Source of the DNA: Octopus vulgaris
Taxonomy: Eukaryota
Length of the DNA: 64,000 bases
Direction of reading: 5' to 3'
NCBI GenBank assembly: GCA_951406725.2
Contig: OX597823.1
Location: forward strand, 24,614,001-24,678,000
The translations under genes and the position numbers were made by a program. Below are positions 50,770-62,654 of this stretch, piece after piece (the stretch's first letter is position 1; every line of letters starts with the position of its first letter). Under the pieces are notes generated by a model. The model saw only the letters and a program-made list of their open reading frames with translations, did not search any database and had not been told where the DNA came from.

Positions 50770-51244
50770 ACATAACTTATCATGATGCAGTGTTTTAAAA
50801 CAGACAAATGTACATAATGAAACTTTTTTACATAATGTTCATTTCAAGAAGTTACTGTACATTGTTAATATTTTGTGTACGCATCTCTTCCCAAGTGCAG
50901 TGAAGCAATTATTCACTGCACCTGGGAAGATGCGTACAAATCTTTTGCCTTCTTCACAGATATGAGCTCCTACAACTCTTCAAGATTGCGTGGATCCTTC
51001 TGACAAACTCTTCACTTTAGTTCTGTCCATATTTGCTTGGTGATATTTAAGTCAGGGCTCTGAGCTGGCTAATCTTTCAATACAGTAAAACCTTCATCAG
51101 CCAGACTCTGTTGTGTTGCATGTGATCTGTAGCATGGATCTCTGCCATGCTCAAAAATCTCACCTTCATCCAAGTCTGGTATCATATTGTCCTTTAGCAA
51201 CTGGGTGTATTTGGCACTATTCAAGTTAACATCAATTTTGACCA

Positions 51245-51250
<6 letters not shown>
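50770..51250 (-). mobile_element. Tc1-like transposase C-terminal fragment
   Basis: NLNSAKYTQLLKDNMIP..FEHGRDPCY..PAQSPDLNITKQIWTELK. Confidence 0.7.
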
Positions 51251-51274
<24 letters not shown>

Positions 51275-51275
<1 letters not shown>

Positions 51276-54200
51276 CATCATCATCATCATCGTTTAACAT
51301 CCGCTTTCCATGCTAGCATGGGTTGGACGGTTTGACTGTGGGCTGGCGAACCAGATGGCTGCACCAGGCTCCAGTCTTGATCTGGCAGAGTTTCTACAGC
51401 TGGATGCCCTTCCAAATGCCAACCACTCTGAGAGTGTAGTGGGTGCTTTTATGTGCCACCGGCACAGGGGCCAGTCACGCAGTACTGGCAACGACCTCGC
51501 TTGAATTTTTACACACGCCAATGGCACAGGTGCCAGTAAGGTGATGCTGGTAATGATCCCACTCGAATGGTGCCTCCTATATGCCACCGGCATGGAAGCC
51601 AGTTAGCCGCTCTGGCAACGATCACGCTCGGATGGTGCTCTTAGCACTTTACTAGCATGGGGCACAAGTGCCAGTAAGGCGAATCTGCCAACGATCACAC
51701 TTGAATGGTGCCTTTTATGTGCTACTGGCACAGAAGCCAGTTAGCTGCTCAGTCAATGATCATGCTTGTATGGTGCTTGTGCCCGTCATCGAATTTCACT
51801 TAGATTTTGATTTCAGTTTCACTTGCCTCAACAGGTCTTCGCAAGCAGAGTTTAGTGTACAAAGAAGGAAAAGGTATACACAAGCGGCCTGGTTATGCCC
51901 CTGGCACAGGGCACAAGGTTATGGTCTTGTTTGGCTTGCCGGATCTTCTCACGCACAACATATTTCTAAAGGTCTCGGTCACTAGTCATTGCCTTGGTGA
52001 GGCCTAATTTTAGAAGGTTGTGCTTCACCACCTCATCCCAGGTCTTCCTGGGTCTACCTCTTCCACAGGTTCCCTCAACTGCTAGGGTGTGGCACTTTTT
52101 CACACAGCTATCCTCAACCATTCTCGCTACATGACCATACCAGTGCAGTCGTCTCTCTTGCACACCACATCTGATGCTTCTAAGGTCCAACTTTTCTCTC
52201 AAGGTACTTACACTCTGTCTAGTATGCACACTGAAATTACACATCCATCAGATCATATTGGCGTCATTCCTTGTGAGCTTACACATGTCCTCAGCAGTCA
52301 CAGCCCATGTTTCACTGCCATGTAGCATGGCTGTTCGTACACATGCGTCATACAGTCTACCTTTTACTCTGAGCAAGAGGCCCTTTGTCACCTGTAGGGG
52401 TAAGAGCTCTCTGAACTTTACCCAAGTCATTCTTATTCTAGCAGCTACACTTCCAGAGCACTCTCTCCTGCTACTGACTTGGTCACCTAGGTAACGGAAG
52501 CTATCAACTACTTCTAGTTTTTTTCTCTCTCGAATGTGGTGGAAGTTGTTCTCTGCGCATTGTCAGTGTTTATTGCACCCGAGCATCTGCCGCATACAAA
52601 AGCTATCTTCCCAGTTAGCCTTCCTTTGATATTACTGCACCTCTTATGTGTCCATAGCTTACACTGGGTACATCTTATAGAGTTTCTACCTACTCCTCTA
52701 CTACAGATCGAGCAGGGCCATCTACCTGAAGGGATTTGTGGTTTGCCTGCCTTCCTACTTATTAGGAGTTTGGTTTTAGCTACGTTGACTCTAAGGCCCT
52801 TTGATTCTAATCCTTGCTTCCACACTTGAAACTTCTCCTCTAGTTCTGATAGTGACTCAGCAATTAGAGCAAGGTCATCAGCATTGAGGTGCTCCCAGGG
52901 GCATCCTGTCTTGAATTCCTCTGTTATTGCCTGGAGGACTATGATACATAGGAGGGGGCTGAGAACTGAACCTTGGTGGACCCCTAACTCTACCTGGAAT
53001 TCTTCACTGTACTCGTTGCCAACCCTCTTCTTACTAGCAGCGTCCCTGTACATGGCTTGCAAAGCTCTCACTAACCATTCATCTATCTCTAGTTTCCTCA
53101 TTGACCACCAGATAAGAGATCGGGGGACCCTGTCGAAGGCTTTCTCCATGTCAATGAAAGCCAGGTACAGGGGCTTATCTTTGGCTAGATATTTCTCCTG
53201 CAGCTGTCTTACCAGAAATATGGCATCAGTGGTGCTTTTCCCTGGCACGAACCCAAACTGCATCTCATCTAAACTAACTCTCTCTCTAATTAGTTGGGCT
53301 ATGACCCTCTCCGTAACCTTCATTACCTGATCCAACAACTTGATACCTCTGTAATAATTTGTATCTAGGGCGTCACCTTTACCTTTGTAGTAGTTGACTA
53401 TTATGCTGCTATGCCAGTTATTGGGTATGACTCCTTCGTGTATCACCTGGTTAACTATACGAGTGACTAGGCTATAGCCGACACTACCAGATATTTTGAG
53501 CATCTCTGCAGTAATTCCTGATGGGCCTGGGGCTTTCCCTGTCTTCATGCTTCTAATTGCCTTAACTACCAAGGAACTGTCAACTCGGATAGCTGGTCCC
53601 TCTGTTGGGTCGACATTCGGCAGACTCTCTTTCTCCCATTCATTTTCTTTATTCAGCAACCTTTCATAATGGTGTCTCCAAACCTCTCTCTTTGCAGCCC
53701 CATTTAGCGCAAGAGAACTATCATCCATGCAGACACATTTCTCTCCCACAACATCTCGATTCTCTCTCACACACTGTCTTGCAGCACAAAATACCTCAAG
53801 TCTTTGATCCTCACGGCGCAGAACATTGGCAAATTTTTTCTTATCTGCTTCCCCTCTGGCTAAGTAAACCTGTCTCCTAGCTTCTGTTCTAGCAGTCTGA
53901 TTCAAATCCCTGCTACCACTGTTCTTCCAGTCCTTCCAAGCCTGTTTCTTTTCATCAATAGTCCTGTCAACAACATTGTTCCACCACTACATTATTTTGG
54001 GTCAAGAGGGGACTTTGCACCATCCACAGATCTGGTCAGTGGCTCTCAGCAGGTTGTCCTGTAGAAACCTCCAGTTGTCTTCTACACTATGTGAAGCTAT
54101 TTCCTCTTCTATTTCGTCAAAGGCTTTGAGTAATATGTTTCTAAATCTCTGGCCATTCGCAAGATCTTTAAGCTTCCAGACCCTTCTTTTTCTAGTTGGT

Positions 54201-54672
54201 CATCTTCTGGGTGCCCACTTAGTCCTGATCCTAAAGTCACTAACTACCAGTCTATGTTGTGGGGTACATTCTTCACCTGGGAAGGTTTTGGCATTTATAA
54301 GCAACCATCTTTCCCTTTTTCTGGCAAGGATATAGTCAATTTGGCTAGTATGTTGGCCCAATCGGTAAGTGACTAGGTGGCTGGTAGGTTTCCTAAAGTT
54401 AGTATTGCAAACCATAAGATCATTTGCATCACAGAATTCCAGCAGCCTAGTTCCCTCCTCATTGCGGGAACCATAGCCATAGCCTCCATGTATGCCATGG
54501 AAGCCCCCTGCATGTTGTCCAATATGTCCATTGAAGTCACCAGCCACAAAAAGAAGGTCACTGTCGTTCGTCAACGAGGTAGTCTGCAGTAGGGTGTCAT
54601 AGAATCGATCTTTCTGTCCATTGGGTACCTGGCTGAGGGGCATAGGCTGATATAATGGTTGCTAAACTATGG
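51275..54672 (-). mobile_element. RTE LINE, ~3.4 kb, 5'-truncated within the APE endonuclease, inactivated
   Basis: APE motifs (AGDFNGHIG, SQIDYIL, PQHRLV) and RT motifs (GKAPGPSGI, QFGF, FIDMEKAFD, GVHQGSVLSP). YADD is mutated to NADD; there is a premature stop near 54200 and a frameshift near 52514. A 3' UTR and (TGA)n tail are present. Confidence 0.95.
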
Positions 54673-55205
54673 CGAACCACATATAATGTTAAGTATGTTA
54701 TAGAAAGTATTGGCTATTTACAAAGTGCACAGATCCAATGCGAATAAAGTAGAGGAAAATGAAAATGCAAATCCTAGGCAGTCAACCAAATTCCCAAATG
54801 CATAAGCAAAGATATTCAATCAATGTAATTAAATCATATATATTTATATACATCAACATAAATCATGCATGTATAGGCTTAAAGATTCTCCAAGGGTATA
54901 AAGAATAAAACCAAACATACATAAAAATATAGGAGAGATATAAAAGCATATAAAAATGTATAAAAATACATATAAGATTACATATAAATAAGGATTACAT
55001 GTAAAAAGTTATGCCTGATAAATATAGGGGGCACAAAACGAGTGAGAGGTTGATAAATATAGGAATAAAGATGTCAATCTTCAAAATGGCAGACCACCTA
55101 AATTGTCTAAAATTTCTAATACACCTAAAATATGAGATCAAAGTGACACAAGACATCAAGTTTAAGAACAGTAAATAAAAAGAATCCAAAAAATAGGAAG
55201 GTGTT

Positions 55206-55295
55206 CCATCTATGGCTATTTCATGGGTACACTACCGGTCAGGGTAAAAAACATTAAAACTTCCATATATGTAATGTCCCTATCATCAGGATGAC
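55206..55295 (-). ncRNA. Minimal type I hammerhead ribozyme-like motif (PLE-terminus type)
   Basis: The minus strand reads tcatc-CTGATGA-ta gggacattac..gtagtgtaccc at-GAAA-t agcc a-TA-gatgg. Both core boxes are intact and stems I, II and a 2-bp stem III can form. Confidence 0.6.
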
Positions 55296-55563
55296 ATACT
55301 CCTTGGTGGCTGCCATCATGTATATGTATATATAGTAAATCCAAAAAACCAAACTCAACAAGAAAAAACAACGATGTGAGAATGTGGTACATGCAAAGTA
55401 TTAGCAGACACTTAGGGAAGGAAAAAAGGTAGTTTTACGTTTCAAGCAAATCTCTATGTCAGAAACAGGAGATGGGAAAAAAATCCAAGAGAAAATGAAG
55501 GAGAAAAAAATCACCAACGATCCATATGTGGTTACATTTTGAAATATATATACACACACATAT

Positions 55564-55810
55564 ATAGGGTGCAATGGGTAAATTGTCACCATTTTATACT
55601 TTTAATTTTGCATGTGTGCATAGTTTGTTTTTGATTTTGTGGGAAGATGAATGGAGGCACAACATTGCCATCACTAGTGATCACTCCAAACACCATGATG
55701 TTGACTGGATGTTTGATTTTTATCACTCTCAATACATGTTCTCAGATTGTACTGTCCTCAGATTGATACCCCAAAACTCTGAAATGTCCATGTTGGAACT
55801 TCTGGCACAT
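55564..55810. mobile_element. Rearranged maT fragment (left end plus inverted internal piece)
   Basis: 55564-55640 matches the left end of the 31034 element; 55640-55810 is the reverse complement of ~31220-31372 and resumes at 56080-56100. Confidence 0.8.
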
Positions 55811-56079
55811 GTGTCTAACACATGTGGACATGCCTACAAAGTCAGAAAACAACACAGCTCCCATGACTTTCGGAAACATTTTTTCACGCTCAGAGTTGCT
55901 GAAGCATAGAATAAAGTGCCTGTGTCAGTTGTTGACTGCCATGACACTGCATCATTTAAGGCCCTCATGCTTTCCGAAATCCGCCGAAACTACACCTGAT
56001 TATATATACACTTTAGATGAGTTGTAGTGCACCTGAGCACTATACACAATTATTATTATTATTATTATTATTATTATTT
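55810..56079 (+). mobile_element. CR1-type LINE 3' end with (ATT)n tail
   Basis: TCGHAYKVRK..FRKHFFTLRVAEA*NKVP.SVV fits the CR1 C-terminal pattern RGH..KL..R..FF..RV...WN.LP. Confidence 0.8.
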
Positions 56080-57453
56080 AAATGTCAAGCAGTACAGCAT
56101 GTTGTTTCCTATTTCCAAATCAATGTGTTCACATAATGTATTTCACAAGCCTACCAAAACGCTCTCTACTTGACTTCCACCAACCTCTACTCTTTATAAG
56201 AGTTTCACTAGTCCATTTTCCACTCCCCCAGGGGTGTCAATGACTCTCGCCACAGCAGACCACATCATGTGTGTGTTTATATATATATATATATATATAT
56301 ATACACCACACACACACACATATTATGTTAAAGATATATATGTGCATGAATTATCCACTTTTCCATTCTTGCATGGATCAGACACTTGCTTACTATATAT
56401 ATAATGAAGAAATAAATAGGATAATACACCACGACTAATTAGCACTCTAATAGAGCCTCCAGAATAGAAAACCAAAAACGTGAGAGTAAATTTCAAAGGT
56501 CAGTGTTCATATTCACTCAATATATTTCAAAGTGTCAGAATACTCCACAGCAGTCATTGTTGTGGTGGTACCAGTAAGGGTTGCATTATTGTTGCGATGG
56601 TTGTTGTTGTCTCCCTTTCTCCACCATAGAAATTATAATGTTGTCAGTATTTCATAATGAAGAACATTTCTTTGTTAATGTTTTAGCATATACTTGTATT
56701 ATCACCAAATTTATTGAGAGGGAAAATTAAAAAGTTAGGTTTTTCGTAACCTGTTCATGCATCCAAATGTTCACTGGGTCCTGTTTTTCTATGTTCCCCT
56801 ATTTTAATTTGTGCTCTGTGCTGGTTTGTTCATTGACATAAAGTATTTATTATTTGTCCAATATGATCCTTACCACATCCTAAGCATGTTATTATGTGTG
56901 TGTCTTGGTGTTTTGTCTTTGTCCCCACCTCTGCTGAGAAACTGGAGTTGGTTGGATTATGTCCCTGCGACTTAGCAGTTTGGCATGACAGAGCATTAGA
57001 ATAAGTATCTCACAAATATAATTACTGAGTCCAATTCATTTCACTAAAACCCCTTCAAGGTAGTGCCCCAGTATGGCCACATTCCAATGACTGAAACAAG
57101 TAATGGATAAAAGCTTACAAAACACTCCCTTCCACATTGTCTCTCACTTTTCCTCTCCCTACTCTCCTTCCTTTTTGCCAGGTTCTCTCTGTTACTTTTT
57201 TACTTTGCTTCTCTCTATATATCTCTCTCTAGCTCCAAGATTTACAACTTATTTTATTATTTTATATTTATATATTTTACATTTTTTTCCTATTTAATGT
57301 TGTCCATTTTGGTTATTCTTTTCTCCTTTCATTGATTACAGGCCTCTCTTATTTTTTACCCCTCTCCCTTTCCGTCTGTCTCTTTCAGGCATTTGCTCTC
57401 TATCTACTTCTCTCAGTTTACTTCTAACAACTTTACAACTCCACACATTTGAT

Positions 57454-59746
57454 ATCATCATCATCATCGTTTAACGTCTGTTTTCCGCGCTAGCATGGGT
57501 TGGACGGTTCGACCGGGGTCTGGGAAGCCAGGGCTGCACCAGGCTCCAGTCTGATCTGGCAGTGTTTCTACAGCTGGATGCCCTTCCTAATGCCAACCAC
57601 TCCGCGAGTGTAGTGGGTGCTTTTTACGTGCCACCTGCACAGGTGCCAGGGGGTTTTGGCATCGGCCACGATCGGTTGGTGCTTTTAACGTGCCACTGGC
57701 ACAGAAGCCAGCCAAGGCGGTGCTGGCATCGGCCATGTTCGGATGGTGCTTTTTATGTGCCACCGGCACAGAAGCCAGTCGAGGCGGCGCTGGCAACGGC
57801 CACGTTCGGATGGTGCTCTTTATGTGCCACCAACACAGGTATCACAACTACTGTTTCCATTGATATTTGTTTCGATGTTCGTGTACATGCACTTGACTCA
57901 ACAGGTCTCCTCAAGCACAGCAAGACGTTCTGGGATCCAAGGTACTTTGAATGGGCAGGGTCTATGCGGAACTGGAGCCGGAAGCATCCTGGGTCTTTGT
58001 AGTCACATCACATCTCCAGAGATCTCGGTCCTTCGCCATTGCCTCAGTGAGGCCCAACGCTCTGAAGTCATGCTTGACTACCTCATCCCATGTCTTCCTG
58101 GGTCTACCTCTCCCCCTGATTCCTTCAACTGTTTGGGAGCGGAACTTCTTCACACATCTCTCCTCATCCATCCGCAGTGCATGACCATACCATCGCAAGC
58201 GTCGCTCTTGCACACTGCATCTGATGCTTCTTATGTCCAGCATTTCTCTCAGGGTGCTTACACTCTGTCGTGCATTCACACTGACATTACACATCCAGCG
58301 GATCATGCTAGCTTCATTTCTTTCAAGTCTACGCATGTCCTCTGCAGTCACGGCCCATGTTTCACTGCCGTGAAGCATGGCAGTTCGCACACATGCATCA
58401 TACAATCTACCTTTCACTCTGAGTGAGAGACCCTTTGTCGCCAGTAGGGGTAGGAGCTTTCTAAACTTTGCCCAGGCTATTCGTATTCTAGTGGTGACAC
58501 TCTCTGAGCATCCACCTCCACTACTAACTTGGTCACCCAGGTAGCAGAAACTATCAACTACTTCTAGTTTCTCCCCCTGGAGTGTGATGGAATCTGTTTT
58601 CTGAGTATTTGTGGTGTCTATTGTCCCTGTGCATCTGCCGCACATGAAAGCTATCTTATCAGTTAATTTCCCTTTGATGTTGCTGCACCTCTTATGCGTC
58701 CATAGCTTACACTTGGTGCATCTTATGGAGTTTCTACCTACACCTTCCCTACAGATTGAGCAAGGCCACCTGCCCGATGGGGTGTGTGCTGAGTTCGCCT
58801 TTCTGCTTACTATAACTTTGGTCTTCGCTACATTTACTCTAAGGCCCTTTGATTCTAACCCTTGTTTCCACACCCGAAATTTCTTTTCTAGTTCCGGTAG
58901 TGATTCTGCTATGAGAGCCAGGTCATCAGCATAGAGGAGCTCCCAGGGGCAACCTGTTTTGAATTCCTCTGTTATTGCTTGGAGGACTATGATGAATAAA
59001 AGGGGACTGAGGGCTGAGCCTTGGTGTACACCTACTTCTACCCGGAATTCTTCACTATACTCATTGCCAATCCTAACCTTGCTGACAGCCTCGCTGTATA
59101 GAGCCTGTACAGCCCTTATTAGCCATTTGTCAATCTCTAGTTTCTGCATCGACCACCAGATAAGGGATCGGGGAACCCTGTCAAAGGCTTTCTCCAAGTC
59201 CACAAAAGCTATGTAGAGGGGTTTATCTTTAGCTAGGTACTTCTCCTGCAGTTGTCGGACCAGGAATATAGCATCAGTGGTGCTTCTACCCAGCACAAAA
59301 CCGAACTGCATCTCATCTAAGCAAATTCTCTCCCTAATGAGATGGGTTATGACCCTCTCTGTGACCTTCATCACCTGATCCAACAGTTTAATACCCCTGT
59401 AGTTATTTCTATCTAGAGCATCACCCTTACCCTTGTAGCAGTTGACTATGGTGCTGCTACGCCAGTCATTGGGTATGACTCCATTATGAACTACCTGGTT
59501 TACAATGCGGGTGACTAGGCCATAGCCCACATAACCAGCTGTTTTAAGCATCTCAGCAGTGATACCTGATGGGCCGGGGGCTTTACTTGGTTTCATACCC
59601 TTAATTGCCTTAACTACAAGGGAGCTGTCTATTTGGATAGCTGATCCCTCTACTGGGTCAACATTTGGCAGGCTCTCCTCCTCCCATTCATTCTCCACAT
59701 TCAGCAGTCTTTCATAATGGCTTCTCCAAGCCTCTTTCTTTTCACC
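57454..59746 (-). mobile_element. Young 5'-truncated RTE LINE with an uninterrupted RT-to-stop frame (~594 aa)
   Basis: ORF 57962..59950 from GEKKEAWRSHYERLL onward, with FVDLEKAFD, GVHQGSALSP, intact LYADD and RLRWYGH. The 3' UTR has tandem repeats and a (TGA)n tail. Confidence 0.95.
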
Positions 59747-60084
59747 ATATCTATAATATAATGCAATAAAATTTTCCCTTGATGATTCATTTGTGGTTTG
59801 GCATCCAGTTGTGCTTGGAACATCCAATTCATCCAATTTAAGCAACCACAATAGTTGAATATACAAGGGGAGCAAATGATATAAAATTTTGTTTATCATA
59901 ATTTCTCCTACATTTGCCCTATGTATCATAACCAGTTTACTATACTGCATGCATGTATATTGTGCAAATGATTCATTTTATTTTAGTTAATATCTTTTAT
60001 TCTAAATATGTAATTATCTCCTCGTTCTCCCCTTCTTACTAACATATACTCACAACTGACATCAGTTTCTTTTATCAATTACAG

Positions 60085-60252
60085 TTGTCACAAAAGTTGA
60101 CTGTGGAGCACCAGAAGATGTTGTTGGTGCATCTAAATCCTATGATACTACTACCCATGAATCTGAAGTGATCTATACTTGTCATGATGGAAAAGAATTA
60201 AAGGCAACATGTAAAGAGAATAAGAAATGGGATCCAGTAGTGTCTTGTAAAG
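60085..60252 (+). CDS. Exon S6: compact Sushi/CCP domain (near-copy of S1)
   Basis: Acceptor attacAG|TT, donor AAAG|gtaatg; 168 nt, phase 1-1. Reads VTKVDCGAPEDVVGASKSYDTTTHESEVIYTCHDGKELKATCKENKKWDPVVSCK. Confidence 0.9.
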
Positions 60253-62654
60253 GTAATGTAAATAGGTTCTCTTTTTGACTCTATCTTCGTAATTTTCTTT
60301 TAGTTTTGTGTTCCAAGTCTATGTCAGAGGAAGTCTGACTGTGTCTATGAAAATTTTCATTGTGTTTCTGATTGGTAGGTGGGTCAGAGATAGTTATCCG
60401 TGGGTCAGAGATAGTTATTCTCAAACTAGAGACCTTCCTAAATGCTTGCAACACAGTGGGCTTCATTAAAGATACTGAAGAGCCAGGTAATTCTATTAAT
60501 TTGGTTGATGGATTAATCCAGCTAAACAAGAGCAGCAAGTGAGGAAGAGTGTTCTCTCCTACAGGCTTCTGCAAAATTTCCTTCCACCAAATTTCATTCT
60601 CAATCCTTAGTCAAGAAGCAGATTTTTAATCATGCAGCCATAAGTGGAGACAATACCAGATTCTTATCAAGTAAACTTATTACCTCCAAAGCTCTACCTC
60701 AGCTAACCTAGGCAGTTTTTCTCTTAAATTCTAACTTCAGTTATCTCGCCCATACTTTGTTTCATCCTCTAAAACTCAGAACAATATAACACATTGAATT
60801 TTTCTTTACTAGAACTCAGTAATCATCCGAAACTTATGATATTCTAATGGTCATCCATTTCACCATCCTAAATCATAATGAGACAAATAATAACAGTGGT
60901 TTCTAATGGAAAAAGAACCAACTGACTACCCTCCTCAACCCAGCTGGATTTGAACTGAAAACATGAGAAGCCTGAATACATAGCATAAAGCATTTCTTTC
61001 AGTTTTCTATTTAGTATTTATGTATACATTTAAAATAAAGATGAGAATGATGATGCATTTCTCTGGAATGTTGAAGGATCTTTATCTAAAACTAATTGAT
61101 GAACTCCACCATCAAAGATCATCATGAGCTCTAAGGACATGTGTCCTCTCCAATTAATATCTTTAAGATTCAGGTTTATGCAGTGTAGGATACATCCACT
61201 CTCATGTAGCTTTCAGTAATTTCCCTAGAGGAGAATATCTTCCTCTCCTTTACAAGTAAAACTTTAAAAGTACAGATTAGGGATTGACCAAAGAGGAAAA
61301 CCCCAATCTTTCAACCTCATCCATCACACAATCTCTTTTACTATAGCTAGCAGACAAAGGAAAAGGAACTTCTCTGCTCAGTTAAAGGAGGATGTGAGGT
61401 GATCATAATGATGGACTTGAATGATAGTCAGATCTGTCCCACACATAATAGCAGCAGTTTGACATGTAAAATTAATGTGTTCCACTGTGAAAATCTTGCA
61501 CAGCACTGTCTGTCAGAACTTCTATGACTAGATTTTGTCTTGGTTTTACTGAACTATTTGATAACACTGCCAGGGGCTCCAGGAAGTTGCCATAGCATTC
61601 CATGTCCAAGAAGTTCTTTGAAGCAAACTTTCCACCTCATTCTCATCGAACCCCAGAATATACCTGTGAATATCTATGATCTTCCACTCAATTAATCCTC
61701 TAAATTACAAGCATGTAATGCCCACTAATTACATTGCCCAAGTCGAGTTTGATCTGGTATACTTAGAATTACATTAGGTAATCTGACATTAATAAACATG
61801 CGCATTGACACACAGTTGCTCTTGCTGGACATAGACCACAAGGTACCATAGAATTCATGACATAGCTGTTTCTCTCATAACTAACTTATAAGAAAATATA
61901 AATACTACCATTGCAATGTAATCAATTATGTATTCATTATTTAAGTACATGACCAAACATAATTAGAAATGCCATGAGTTTGTGGGAAATTCATGTCTTT
62001 CTGAAGCTCACTAATTGTCTACGTAAAGTAAACTGACTTGAACTGAGAATCAAACCCGAATCATTAACTCACACCATTCAATCCAGGGTCACTTTCTGCA
62101 TCAAAAACTAATAGGAAAATGGCTACTTATTGAACCAAGTTGTGATGACTAATTAAAATTACACCCTCAACAGCTGGTAAAATCATTATGCTAATCATTT
62201 TTTTTTGGTCATTAAATTCAGAAGAGAGAACCTCTTAAGATAATCACTTTTCTTTTTTCATCTCACTAAAAGGGTAATTTTGATGAAATAAATTTCCTAG
62301 CTTGTTACATGAGGTTGTGAATGTCCACATTAACTTCTTAATATTTATTTACTTGGTGATGAATATGAGATAATTTTAGTTTTCCAAGACAAAACACTGC
62401 AAAATCAGTTAAGAGATGGGCAATAATCTTCTCCATGACTAGTCATATTCAGTTACATTTTTTCACTTTCTGGGTTCAAATCCCATCTAAATGTACTTCA
62501 TCTTTCATACTTCTGTGGTTGATAAAACAAGCATAAGTCAAGTACAATTTAATCAATTAGCTCCTATCTCAAACATTTGTACATCTTTCTATATTAGAAA
62601 TTATTGATGTTGTTTTTGTTGTTTACATTTGTCTCAATCTTACTTTAATTCTAG

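Noticed and set aside
59747-59950. N-terminal ~68 aa of the 662-aa ORF as a domesticated RT fusion gene
   Set aside because: LINE homology ends near 59746; the extension is chance open frame in flanking intron sequence.
60379-60420. 21-bp tandem duplication in the intron after S6
   Set aside because: It is real and absent after S1, but it is an ordinary slippage event with no sign of function.
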